Assembly: GCA_041651155.1 (NCBI GenBank)
Contig: JBAZJU010000001.1
Location: 167,619 to 231,618, forward strand
Origin: Patescibacteria group bacterium
GTDB lineage: Bacteria > Patescibacteriota > Patescibacteriia > CAIXNZ01
Reading direction: 5' to 3'
DNA: 64,000 nt
The translations under genes were made by a program, and so were the position numbers. The notes below the pieces were generated by a model, which searched no databases, had not been told where the DNA came from, and saw only the letters and a program-made list of their open reading frames with translations. Below, piece by piece: positions 19,444 through 28,946 of the stretch (positions are counted from its first letter, which is position 1; every line of letters begins with the position of its first letter).

Positions 19444-20691
19444 ATGCAAAAAATATATTTAGATCATTCTGCGACTACGCCGCTTGATCCCGCGGTCTTG
19501 AAAAAAATGCAGCCGTATTTGACTGATGTTTTTGGCAATGCGTCTTCAGTGCATTCTTTTGGTCAGGAAGCCATGAAAGGCGTTGATTGGGCGAGAGAAC
19601 AGCTAAGTAAATTATTTGGCTGTAAAATTAAAGAAGTGATTTTTACATCTGGCGCGACTGAAAGCAATAATTTAGCTTTGCGTGGGTTAGTTATGGCCTT
19701 CCGAAAAAAAGATGATAAAAAATATCACATTATAACTTCAAAAATTGAGCATCCTGCTATTTTAGAAACATGCCAGGCTTTGGCCAAAGAAGGTTTGGTT
19801 GAGCTGACTTATATTGGAGTAAATAAATTAGGTTTGGTTGAAGTTGAGGAAATTAAAAAGGTGATTAAAGATAATACAATATTAGTTTCTATCATGTACG
19901 TTAATAATGAAACAGGCGTGATTCAGCCGATTCGGGAAGTTGGGAAAATGTTGGAAAAGGTTAATAAAAGCCAAAAAGCCAAGAAGCCAGAAAGCCAGAA
20001 GCCTGGCCTCGGCCAAGGCGGGCTAAATGACGTTTATAATAAAATTTATTTTCACACTGATGCGGTTCAGGCAGTTAATTATTGCAAAATGCAGGCCGAC
20101 TATTTAGGCGCTGATCTAATTACTATTTCCGGCCATAAAATTTACGGGCCAAAAGGCATTGGCGCTTTATATATAAAAGAGGGTACGCCAATTAAATCAA
20201 TTACTTTTGGCGGTCATCAGGAATATAATATCAGGCCAGGGACTTATAATGTGCCTGGAATTGTTGGCTTGGGAGCGGCTGTTGAGCTCGTCAATAATCA
20301 ATCGCCAATAATAAATGACAAAATTAGGGAGTTAAGGGATAAATTGATCGCAGGTATTAAAAAGGAAATTCCTGATATTCAGATTAATGGTGATTTGGAA
20401 AATCGTTTGCCGAGCAACGCTAATGTAAGTTTTTTAAATGCTGAAGGCGAAAGCATGCTCTTAATGTTAGACATGGAGGGCATTGCTATTTCAACTGGTT
20501 CAGCCTGTGCTTCTGGATCTTTGGAGCCCTCGCATGTTTTACGAGCAATGAACATTCCAGCAGAAACCTGCCATGCCTCCTTGCGTTTTACTTTGGGTAA
20601 GGGGACAACTGAAAAGGAAATTGATAAGGTGCTTGAAGTATTGCCAAAGATTGTGGAGCGGCTGCGTAAAATGTCTCCTATAAAAAAATAA
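19444..20691 (+). CDS. iscS: cysteine desulfurase (IscS/NifS class)
   Basis: PLP-lysine motif SGHKIYGPKGIGALY; class-V aminotransferase pattern; low-complexity insert KSQKAKKPESQKPG. Confidence 0.9.
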   Translation: MQKIYLDHSATTPLDPAVLKKMQPYLTDVFGNASSVHSFGQEAMKGVDWAREQLSKLFGCKIKEVIFTSGATESNNLALRGLVMAFRKKDDKKYHIITSKIEHPAILETCQALAKEGLVELTYIGVNKLGLVEVEEIKKVIKDNTILVSIMYVNNETGVIQPIREVGKMLEKVNKSQKAKKPESQKPGLGQGGLNDVYNKIYFHTDAVQAVNYCKMQADYLGADLITISGHKIYGPKGIGALYIKEGTPIKSITFGGHQEYNIRPGTYNVPGIVGLGAAVELVNNQSPIINDKIRELRDKLIAGIKKEIPDIQINGDLENRLPSNANVSFLNAEGESMLLMLDMEGIAISTGSACASGSLEPSHVLRAMNIPAETCHASLRFTLGKGTTEKEIDKVLEVLPKIVERLRKMSPIKK

Positions 20692-20709
20692 TGCGAATCT
20701 TCGAATAAT

Positions 20710-20731
20710 GCCTGCCTGCCGGCAGGCAGGC
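20710..20731. repeat. GC-rich perfect palindrome gcctgcctgccggcaggcaggc (second copy at 33566-33585)
   Basis: Read directly; flanked by cgaat..ttcgaataa direct words. Confidence 0.8.
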
Positions 20732-20851
20732 GAATGTTTCGAATAAAATTCCTTAGAAATAGGGGCTTTTATTTTTATATAAAATGTGATAAAATATAAT
20801 CAAAATATACCTAAGTTATAAATTTTAAATTAAAAATTAAAAATTAATTCC

Positions 20852-21238
20852 GTGATATTCTATAATATTTCTAAATTTTTAGAGCATCCTTTTCGCGAGG
20901 ATTTAATGGTAAAAATTAATTTTTTTGCCAGTATTTTTTTAAACATTATAACTTGGTTTATACTTTGGTATAAATTGCATGGCTTTGCTTATTCCACGGA
21001 ATTAGGGCAGATTTATCTGCATTACAATATTTATTTTGGCATTGATAATGTCGGCGACTGGACCCAGGCTTTTGTTCTTCCAATTCTTGGATTATTTGTC
21101 ATAATTTTTAATAATTTTTTGGCTTACATTTTTTATATCAGAGAAAAATTAATAAGTTATTTTTTAATTTTTACCCAGACGCTTCTGCAGGTCATTTTAT
21201 TTGCGGCAGCGATTTTTTTAATTTTACTTAATATATAA
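20852..21238 (+). CDS. hypothetical membrane protein
   Basis: Hydrophobic ORF. Confidence 0.3.
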   Translation: MIFYNISKFLEHPFREDLMVKINFFASIFLNIITWFILWYKLHGFAYSTELGQIYLHYNIYFGIDNVGDWTQAFVLPILGLFVIIFNNFLAYIFYIREKLISYFLIFTQTLLQVILFAAAIFLILLNI

Positions 21239-21314
21239 TTAGTAGAAAGTTTATAAAGTTAGTAAAGTTAAAAGATAGTACTTTATAACTTTATACTTTT
21301 AACTTTAAACTTAT

Positions 21315-22361
21315 ATGGACACATTTATTATTATCAAAATTTTCTTTTTAACTGCTTTGGCTTTTATAATTACAATTTTGTGGACACCGGCTCTGACTTA
21401 TTTTTTATACAAATTTAAATTAGGCAAAAAAATTCGCACGGCTGATAATGCCCCGATTATGGCCGGATTGCATGAACACAAAGCAGGTACGCCGACAATG
21501 GGCGGAGTTCTAATCTGGGGCACTACTTTAGTTTTGGCATTATTTTTTTATTTTCTGTCTCAATGGAGCGGCTTGGAAATTTTTTCCCAGCTGAATTTTT
21601 TAACTCGTTCCCAAACTCTTCTGCCTTTGGGCGCTTTGGTAGCTTCGGCTCTCGTTGGTTTGCTTGATGATGTATTAAATATTCGGGGCATAGGCCCAAA
21701 TGGCGGGGGATTAAAAATTCGTTATAAGCTGCTGATATATTCTGCGATTGCACTAATCGGCGCTTTGTGGTTTTATTTTAAATTAGACTGGGATTTAATG
21801 CGCATACCATTTGTCGGCGATTTTCAGATCGGCTGGTGGTATATCCCAATTTTTGTATTTATAATTGTTGGCGCGGCTAATGCGGTAAATATTACCGACG
21901 GCTTAGACGGCTTGGCCGGCGGACTTTTGGCTTCAGCTTTCGGCGCATTTGCAATTATTGCATTTACTCAAGGCAGATATGATCTGGCAACTTTTTGCGG
22001 AGTGATTGTTGGCGCACTTTTGGCCTTTCTGTGGTTTAATATCAATCCGGCGCGATTTTTTATGGGGGATACTGGCTCAATGAGTTTGGGCGTGACTTTG
22101 GGTATTGTCGCCATGCTGACTAATTCTGCCTTAATTTTGCCAATCATTGGCTTTTTATTTGTCCTGGAAGCTTTGTCTGTGTTAATTCAGATAACTTCCA
22201 AAAAGTTATTTAAAAGAAAAGTTTTTTTATCAGCGCCTTTGCATCATCATCTTGAAGCGCAAGGCTGGCCAGAGTGTAAAATTGTAATGAGGTTTTGGCT
22301 GATTGCGACAGTGATGGCGGTAATTGGGGTGATAATGGTTTTGATGGATAAGATATATTAA
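21315..22361 (+). CDS. mraY: phospho-N-acetylmuramoyl-pentapeptide transferase
   Basis: LLDDVLNIRG, NAVNITDGLDGLA; multi-TM protein. Confidence 0.9.
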   Translation: MDTFIIIKIFFLTALAFIITILWTPALTYFLYKFKLGKKIRTADNAPIMAGLHEHKAGTPTMGGVLIWGTTLVLALFFYFLSQWSGLEIFSQLNFLTRSQTLLPLGALVASALVGLLDDVLNIRGIGPNGGGLKIRYKLLIYSAIALIGALWFYFKLDWDLMRIPFVGDFQIGWWYIPIFVFIIVGAANAVNITDGLDGLAGGLLASAFGAFAIIAFTQGRYDLATFCGVIVGALLAFLWFNINPARFFMGDTGSMSLGVTLGIVAMLTNSALILPIIGFLFVLEALSVLIQITSKKLFKRKVFLSAPLHHHLEAQGWPECKIVMRFWLIATVMAVIGVIMVLMDKIY

Positions 22362-22402
22362 TTCTGAATTCTGAAAGCTGAATTATGAAATCTGGTAGTT
22401 AA

Positions 22403-22463
22403 GTAAGACCATAGTAATATAGTTGTAAGACAATTGTATTACTATGTCTTACTATTGTTTTAC
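22403..22463. repeat. ~60-bp imperfect dyad element, copy B (copy A at 1397-1458)
   Basis: gtaagaccatagtaatatagttgtaagacaattgtattactatgtcttactattgttttac; arms are near-complementary. Confidence 0.7.
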
Positions 22464-22473
22464 CTTCGTTTCC

Positions 22474-22505
22474 TTGACAGGCGCTTTTATTTTTGTTAAG
22501 TTGAA
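22474..22505 (+). promoter_or_regulatory. promoter-like motif TTGACA-N11-TTTTTGTTAAGTTG, shared with 52955-52986
   Basis: Same word string upstream of two unrelated genes, both followed by Shine-Dalgarno GGAGGTTTA; a leader hairpin ttccttgg..ccaaggaa plus T-run lies at 22527-22556. Confidence 0.4.
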
Positions 22506-22574
22506 GTATCTAGCTGTATAGTTAGATTCCTTGGTGTATGCCAAGGAAAAGTTTTTTCACAGGAGGTTTACTGT

Positions 22575-23024
22575 ATGGTAAACGAAGGCAAGGTAAAGTC
22601 TGATGAGGTGAGAATCGTTGGCGGGCCAAATAAGTGGGATTTGGTGATAAAGGCGCTGGCTGATTCACAAACAGTGTTTTTTGATGCTGAAAGAAAAAAT
22701 TGTGCTTTGGGTACAGATTTCGGGAAAAATCGTCTTAAAATTGAAATCAGGGTGCGGGTTGAAGGACTTATTAGGATTGTGATTGATGGTGACTCTTGGC
22801 GAGTATTAGGTCGCGTACTTGGTGATTTTCGAGATTTGTACGAAATTTTTCCTCATGAACAGAGGTATTTTTTAAGAGGAAAATCAGCACCAGCTGAAAA
22901 ATCTGTTGATCCCGTTTACTTTTGGGCAACTTATGATTGCCAATCAAGAACTGGTGAAATGCGGATTGCCATAATTGACCAAAATGAGGATTATCCTTTT
23001 GACCCGAAATATTTTCCTTTCTAA
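22575..23024 (+). CDS. hypothetical protein
   Basis: ORF with strong Shine-Dalgarno caggaggttta; no recognised motif. Confidence 0.4.
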   Translation: MVNEGKVKSDEVRIVGGPNKWDLVIKALADSQTVFFDAERKNCALGTDFGKNRLKIEIRVRVEGLIRIVIDGDSWRVLGRVLGDFRDLYEIFPHEQRYFLRGKSAPAEKSVDPVYFWATYDCQSRTGEMRIAIIDQNEDYPFDPKYFPF

Positions 23025-23157
23025 AAATGGGAAATAACTCCTAGGAAACTGCGAGCAATGCCCTGAACACAATGTTGTTCGGGGCTTTTTAATTTTATTG
23101 AGCTCTTGTGTATTTTTTGGCATATTATGCTATAATATATATACTTAATTTAAACAT

Positions 23158-24006
23158 ATGCGCAGATCAAATTTGTATAAATTTTCCATATTATTAAACA
23201 TTATTCTGATCCTATTTTTGATCGGGTATTTTTTGGTGCCATTTGCCAATGTCGGGATTTTGGCTAAAACTTTTTCTCCACTTTGCTATTTAATTGATAC
23301 TATTCAAGGCGATAATTATCTGCCTCCCTGGTGTGAGGATGTTTTAATTCCTCCAGTACCAGCGCAAAATACAAATAATAATGCGAATGCAAACGTAAAT
23401 GCAAATACCAATGTTGCGAATACTAATACTGCCATAGCTAATCCAGCAGCAGTAAAGTGCGTTACAGATGGCGGTACGACTGAAGCCTATGCAACTGCAG
23501 GTGGGGAAGCAGCAATCTGTATTTTTAAAGACAATAGCATCTGTGAGGAATGGGCTTATTTTCGCGGAGAGTGCAAGGTCGGCCAATGCCAAAAGGTCTG
23601 CCAGAAGGCAGGCACAGCTGATGAAGGCTGGTATAATTCCTGTTCTAATGAACTTCTGAAATTAGAAAAATGTTCTTCAGTTCAGCCCGCGCCGGCAGTC
23701 ACTGCTCAAAATATTGAAGTCACAAATCCCCTTGTTAATCAACAGCTTGTTTCGCCATTTAAGGTTGAAGGCCGTGCCAGAGTTTTTGAAAACCAGGTTA
23801 ATGTCAGAGTCAAAGGCAAGGACGGCAAGGTCTTAATCCAAGAGGCAACAATTGTAAAATCACCAGAAGTCGGCCAGTGGGGAGATTTTAGCCTGGATAT
23901 AAGTTATGACTTTACTTTAACCAAAGAAGGTTTTGTAGAAGTATATTCAACCAGCGCAAAAGATGGCAGTGAAGAAAATTTAGTCAGCATTCCTGTTAAA
24001 TTTTAA
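23158..24006 (+). CDS. secreted protein: DUF333 (Cys-rich) domain plus C-terminal Gmad2 immunoglobulin-like domain
   Basis: N-terminal TM helix, Asn/Ala-rich linker, VKCVTDGG..CIFKDNSICEEWAYFRGEC (DUF333 pattern), VSPFKVEGRARVFENQVNVRVKGKDGKVL (Gmad2 pattern). Confidence 0.5.
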   Translation: MRRSNLYKFSILLNIILILFLIGYFLVPFANVGILAKTFSPLCYLIDTIQGDNYLPPWCEDVLIPPVPAQNTNNNANANVNANTNVANTNTAIANPAAVKCVTDGGTTEAYATAGGEAAICIFKDNSICEEWAYFRGECKVGQCQKVCQKAGTADEGWYNSCSNELLKLEKCSSVQPAPAVTAQNIEVTNPLVNQQLVSPFKVEGRARVFENQVNVRVKGKDGKVLIQEATIVKSPEVGQWGDFSLDISYDFTLTKEGFVEVYSTSAKDGSEENLVSIPVKF

Positions 24007-24105
24007 AAGTTAGTATATTATATTATATTAATATAAGTGACCTCTCCCAAGGGGAGGCCATTGGCCTTAGGGGGCAAAAATCAAAACTAATAATTAAAAA
24101 AAATT

Positions 24106-24327
24106 ATGCATCTAGTTTTATTTGACTATGTCTTAATTTTAGGCTGGGTTTTAGCTTTGGCAGTCGTGCTAGCCGGCGGAACTGCGATTTTAGCCTGGCT
24201 ATTAAATTTTTTCAGCGGAGAAATAAATGTGTGGAAGGAAATTAGAAGAAAAAATCTGGCCATGGCCATTGTTTTTGGCTCAATTGTTTTAACTCTTGGC
24301 CTGATTGTCGCCTTGATAAATAAATAA
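24106..24327 (+). CDS. small membrane protein (DUF350-like)
   Basis: Two TM helices. Confidence 0.35.
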   Translation: MHLVLFDYVLILGWVLALAVVLAGGTAILAWLLNFFSGEINVWKEIRRKNLAMAIVFGSIVLTLGLIVALINK

Positions 24328-24406
24328 AATTTTTTTTGAAAATCCCTTCTTGTTTCACAGGAGGGGATTTTTGATTTAAACAAGCCCAAATGTTATAATT
24401 ATTTAT

Positions 24407-25792
24407 ATGTTTGATTTTAAAAATAAGAAGATCACGGTAATGGGTTTGGGTCTGCATGGCGGCGGTTTGGCCATTACAAAATTTTTAGCCAAACAGGGCG
24501 CTGTCCTGACTGTGACTGATTTAAAAAATCAAAAGCAGCTTAAACCTTCAATTGAAAAATTGAAGGCTTTTAGAATTAAATATGTCTTGGGCAAACATCA
24601 TCTGGAAGATTTTAGAAATGCGGATATGATTATCCAGAATCCAGGCGTGCGCCGTGATTCAAGATTTTTAGCAGTCGCTAGAAAACAGGGAATACCAATA
24701 GAGACAGACTTGAGTCTTTTTTTGAAACTTTGCCCCTCGGCTGAAATCATTGGAATTACAGGCACAAAAGGCAAAAGTACCACAAGCAGTTTGGCCTATC
24801 AGATTATTAAAGCCTGGAAAAAAGACACAATTTTGGGAGGGAATATCAGGATTTCACCCTTGGACTATTTGCCAAAAATAAAAAAAGATACGCCTGTTGT
24901 TTTGGAATTATCTTCCTGGCAACTGGAAGGTTTAGAAGCCAGTAAATTTAGCCCGCGTTTTTCATTAATTACAAACGTTTTAATAGATCATTTGAATACT
25001 TATAAAAATATAAATGATTATGCCCAGGCCAAATCTTTGATTTTTAAATTTCAAAAACCAGATGATGTTTTAGTATTAAATAAAGATAATAATCGGACGC
25101 GCCAAATGGCAAAAACTGCTGAAGAAAAAGTTTATTTTTATAGCCTGCAAAAATTGAATAAAAATGAAAACGGTTCTTTTTTGGAAAAAAATTGGCTAAT
25201 TTTTCAGGATAAAGGTAATAGGCAAAGGATTATCCGTCAGAATGAAATTCAGGTGCCAGGCAGCCATAATTTATCTAATATATTAGGAGCCATAACTTTG
25301 GTTAAAAATTTTGGCGTGCCAAACCCCATAATTAAAAAAGTTATCCGGCAATTTAAAGGAATTGAAGGCCGGTTGCAATTAGCCAGAGAATTTAAAGGAA
25401 TAAAATATTATAATGATACAACCGCCACTACTCCAGATGCGGTTATCGCTGCCTTGAATTCATTTGAACAAAAGGTTGTCCTCTTGGCTGGCGGAACTGA
25501 TAAGAAATTAATTTTTAAGGATCTGGCCAGAGTCGTAAAAGAAAAAGTAAGAGCCTTGATTTTGTTTGAAGGCACAGCTACTGACAAATTAGTTGCAGAA
25601 TTGAAAAAGATAAATTTTAATCAGGAATTAGTTTTTGTGGATTCAATGCCTGAAGCATTTAAGCAAGCCAAATATATTTTAAGAGAAGGCGATATCTTTC
25701 TATTATCGCCGGGGGCAGCCAGTTTTGGCTTATTTATCAATGAATTTGACCGCGGCGACCAATTTAATAAAGCAGTGGAAAAAATCAAATGA
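24407..25792 (+). CDS. murD: UDP-N-acetylmuramoylalanine--D-glutamate ligase
   Basis: MGLGLHGGG and GITGTKGKSTT; Mur ligase layout. Confidence 0.9.
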   Translation: MFDFKNKKITVMGLGLHGGGLAITKFLAKQGAVLTVTDLKNQKQLKPSIEKLKAFRIKYVLGKHHLEDFRNADMIIQNPGVRRDSRFLAVARKQGIPIETDLSLFLKLCPSAEIIGITGTKGKSTTSSLAYQIIKAWKKDTILGGNIRISPLDYLPKIKKDTPVVLELSSWQLEGLEASKFSPRFSLITNVLIDHLNTYKNINDYAQAKSLIFKFQKPDDVLVLNKDNNRTRQMAKTAEEKVYFYSLQKLNKNENGSFLEKNWLIFQDKGNRQRIIRQNEIQVPGSHNLSNILGAITLVKNFGVPNPIIKKVIRQFKGIEGRLQLAREFKGIKYYNDTTATTPDAVIAALNSFEQKVVLLAGGTDKKLIFKDLARVVKEKVRALILFEGTATDKLVAELKKINFNQELVFVDSMPEAFKQAKYILREGDIFLLSPGAASFGLFINEFDRGDQFNKAVEKIK

Positions 25793-26904
25793 GATTTATA
25801 GCAAAAACCTGGCATCGGGCAGATTATCGTTTTATTATCACTCTGGCAGTGATTATAATTTTTGGTTTAATCATGCTGTCATCGGCCAGCGTTTCTTTGG
25901 CCTATGAAAAATTTAATAATAGCTATCATTATCTGCAGCATCAGATTATTTTTGGCTTAATTCCCGGCGTAATTTTGTTTTTTATATTTTCACTGATTGA
26001 TTATCGGACGTGGAAAAAAATGGCTTTTTGGTTTTTAGTCAGCTCTGTAGTTCTCTTAGTTGCGGTGTTTGTCCCGGGTATTGGCGCTGACTATGGCAAT
26101 GCGAAAAGTTGGCTGGACATCTTGGGTTTTTCTTTTCAGCCTTCAGAATTAGTAAAATTAACTTTTTTAATTTATCTCTCAGCCTGGCTGGAAAACAGGG
26201 GTCAAAAAAAAGCTAGTGATTTTACCGAGGGGTTAAAGCCCTTTTTATCGGTATTAAGTTTAATTACGCTATTATTGCTTCTCCAGCCGGATTTGGGGAC
26301 AATGACAATAATCCTTTTAGTGTCCCTGGTTGTTTATTATATTGGCGGCGCGAAAATTTCGCATCTTTTAGGAATTGGCCTGGCCTCTTTGCTCGGCCTT
26401 TTTGTTTTAATAAAAATCGCGCCTTATCGCACTGCGCGTTTAATGACCTTTTTACACCCGGAACTTGATCCGCAAGGCATTGGCTATCATATTAATCAAG
26501 CTTTTTTAGCCATTGGTTCTGGCGGTTTTTGGGGCAGGGGCTTTGGCATGTCGCGCCAGAAATTCCAATATCTGCCTGAGGTAGCAGGTGATTCTATCTT
26601 TGCGATCATTGCCGAAGAATTAGGCTTTATTGTGTCCGCTTTATTAATTTTAGGCCTTCTCTATCTGGTTTATCGCGGCTTTAAAATCGCCCAAAATGCG
26701 CCTGATAATTTCGCTAAGCTTCTGGTCGTTGGCGTCATGGCCTGGATTATTGTGCAAACTTTTGTTAATATTGGAGCCATGGTCGGCTTATTGCCGTTAA
26801 CTGGCGTGCCCTTGCCATTTGTAAGTTATGGCGGCACTTCTATGACAGTATTATTGGCAGCTTGCGGTATAGTGGTAAATATTTCCAGGCAGACAAGGGA
26901 ATAA
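25789..26904 (+). CDS. ftsW: cell-division/elongation lipid II flippase-polymerase FtsW/RodA (SEDS)
   Basis: SEDS-family multi-TM protein; start overlaps the murD stop. Confidence 0.8.
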   Translation: MRFIAKTWHRADYRFIITLAVIIIFGLIMLSSASVSLAYEKFNNSYHYLQHQIIFGLIPGVILFFIFSLIDYRTWKKMAFWFLVSSVVLLVAVFVPGIGADYGNAKSWLDILGFSFQPSELVKLTFLIYLSAWLENRGQKKASDFTEGLKPFLSVLSLITLLLLLQPDLGTMTIILLVSLVVYYIGGAKISHLLGIGLASLLGLFVLIKIAPYRTARLMTFLHPELDPQGIGYHINQAFLAIGSGGFWGRGFGMSRQKFQYLPEVAGDSIFAIIAEELGFIVSALLILGLLYLVYRGFKIAQNAPDNFAKLLVVGVMAWIIVQTFVNIGAMVGLLPLTGVPLPFVSYGGTSMTVLLAACGIVVNISRQTRE

Positions 26905-26942
26905 ATATGAAATTGTAAATTACAAATTACAAGCATCAAGTT

Positions 26943-26986
26943 CCAACCTACGTTGGGCGAAGCCAACTTCGGTTGGCGAAGGCCAA
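26943..26986. repeat. REP-like compound palindrome (family B), inverted copy of 507-550
   Basis: ccaacctacgttgggcgaagccaacttcggttggcgaaggccaa. Confidence 0.75.
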
Positions 26987-27126
26987 ATAAATTACAATGT
27001 TCAAGTCCTAATTTCCAAACGTTTGTTATTTAGAATTTGGTATTTGAATTTTGTTTGATATTTGTTATTTGGTATTTGTGATTTGAAAAAATAAGAGAAA
27101 ATTATAATTATTTTAACTTAGAATAT

Positions 27127-28227
27127 ATGAGAATTATTTTTTCAGGTGGGGGAACAATGGGTTCTGTGGCTCCTTTAGTCGGTATTTACGAAGAATTAAA
27201 ACAAAAAGATCCAAGTCTTGAGGTCTTATGGCTGGGAACCAAAACAGGACCTGAAAAAAATTTTTTAGTCAATTATCAAATTCCTTTTAAACCGATAATC
27301 AGCGGCAAACTAAGGCAATATTTTAGTTTAGCCAATATCTTTACTCCACTTTTGGTTTTTTTAGGTACTGTCCAGGCCATATTTATTTTGCGGAAATTTA
27401 AACCTGAAGTAGTGGTGACAGCTGGCAGTTTTATTTCTGTGCCAGTTTTCTACGCTGCCAGGATTTTGAGAATTCCGCGTTTTGTCCATCAGCAAGATTT
27501 AGAGATTGGTTTGGCGAATAAAATAATGGCCAAGAAAGCCACGGCGATTACAGTTGCTTTTGGCGATTCCTTGCAATATTTTGATGTTAAAAAAACTTTT
27601 CATATCGGCAATCCTGTGCGCTCTGAAATTTTTGGCGGCAGCAGGCAAAAAGCCATGGAATTTTTTAAGCTCAATCCTAATTTAAAAACTATTTTGATTT
27701 TAGGCGGGGGTACTGGATCTCAAACTATTAATCAAATGGTTTTAGAAACAATCGGAAATTTATCTGAGAATTTTCAGGTTCTCCATATTACCGGCCAAGG
27801 CAAAGGGATAAGTCAGTTTTTTGGAGATTATTATAACCACCAGACAAACAATCGGCTTGAAGAACGTTATAGGGCTTATGAATTTTTAAATCAAGAAATT
27901 TTTGATGCATATGCTGCAGCTGATTTGGTGGTCAGCCGCGCTGGATTTTCAACTCTGACTGAATTATCTGTTTTGGGCAAACCGGCGTTAGTAATACCTT
28001 TGCCAGGCCACCAGGAATTAAACGCCCAATATTTTGCCAAATATAACGCGGTCAAAGTTTTAAATCAAAATAATTTAACTCCCCAAACTTTTTCCGAAGC
28101 TATTTTATATTTAATAAACAACCCTGGAGAATTAATTACCTTATCGCGCAATATCTCAACTTTAATTGATAAAGACGCGGGAAAAAGGTATGTGGATTTA
28201 ATCTATAAGGTGCTAGGTAAATCTTAA
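27127..28227 (+). CDS. murG: undecaprenyldiphospho-muramoylpentapeptide beta-N-acetylglucosaminyltransferase
   Basis: MRIIFSGGGTMGSVAPL glycosyltransferase-28 N-terminus and C-terminal domain. Confidence 0.85.
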   Translation: MRIIFSGGGTMGSVAPLVGIYEELKQKDPSLEVLWLGTKTGPEKNFLVNYQIPFKPIISGKLRQYFSLANIFTPLLVFLGTVQAIFILRKFKPEVVVTAGSFISVPVFYAARILRIPRFVHQQDLEIGLANKIMAKKATAITVAFGDSLQYFDVKKTFHIGNPVRSEIFGGSRQKAMEFFKLNPNLKTILILGGGTGSQTINQMVLETIGNLSENFQVLHITGQGKGISQFFGDYYNHQTNNRLEERYRAYEFLNQEIFDAYAAADLVVSRAGFSTLTELSVLGKPALVIPLPGHQELNAQYFAKYNAVKVLNQNNLTPQTFSEAILYLINNPGELITLSRNISTLIDKDAGKRYVDLIYKVLGKS

Positions 28228-28237
28228 ATTAAAAAAT

Positions 28238-28888
28238 ATGGATGCCATAATTTTAGCCGGAGGCAAAGGCAATCGCATGGAGGATGTTTTGCCAAAGGCA
28301 CTTGTTAAGGTAAAAGATAAAGCAATCTTAGCTTATCAGCTGGATTATCTTTTGAATTCAAAAAAGATTGAAAAAATTGTCTTATCATTAGGGTATAAGG
28401 CTGAGGAAATTATTGATTATGTAAAAAAAAATTATCCCACACAGCCAATTGATTTTGCAGTTGAAAATGAGCCGTTGGGCACAGCTGGAGCATTTAAACT
28501 CGCATTACAAAAAACTAACGCTGATTATGTCCTTGGTTTAAATGGCGATGATATTACTGATATTGATTTGGGAAAATTGGGAGAAAATTATTATAATACA
28601 ATTTGCGTGGCACATCTGCGCTTGCTTTTTGGCTTGATAAAAGAAAGAGATGGTTATGCGATTTTTGAGGAAAAGCCAATGCTAAGTGATTGGGTTAGTT
28701 GCGGCTGGTATCTATTTAAAAGAGAAGATTTAATGCCAGTTTTGCCAGATAAGGGCAGTTTGGAATATGAAGTATTCCCCAAATTAAAATTAAAACTTTT
28801 TAAACACGAAGGCTTTTGGCGGGCATTGAACACTAAGAAGGATTTAATTGAATTTGAAACCGAAGAATTGCCAGAAGTTTTGCAATAA
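28238..28888 (+). CDS. sugar-phosphate nucleotidyltransferase
   Basis: MDAIILAGGKGNRM. Confidence 0.7.
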   Translation: MDAIILAGGKGNRMEDVLPKALVKVKDKAILAYQLDYLLNSKKIEKIVLSLGYKAEEIIDYVKKNYPTQPIDFAVENEPLGTAGAFKLALQKTNADYVLGLNGDDITDIDLGKLGENYYNTICVAHLRLLFGLIKERDGYAIFEEKPMLSDWVSCGWYLFKREDLMPVLPDKGSLEYEVFPKLKLKLFKHEGFWRALNTKKDLIEFETEELPEVLQ

Positions 28889-28902
28889 TATTCTCAATTA
28901 TA

Positions 28903-28946
28903 AAGCCCCAGAGCGATTTTTTCACTCTGGGGTTTTTGTTTTTTAC
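28903..28946. terminator. bidirectional intrinsic terminator
   Basis: gccccagagcgattttttcactctggggttttt. Confidence 0.65.
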
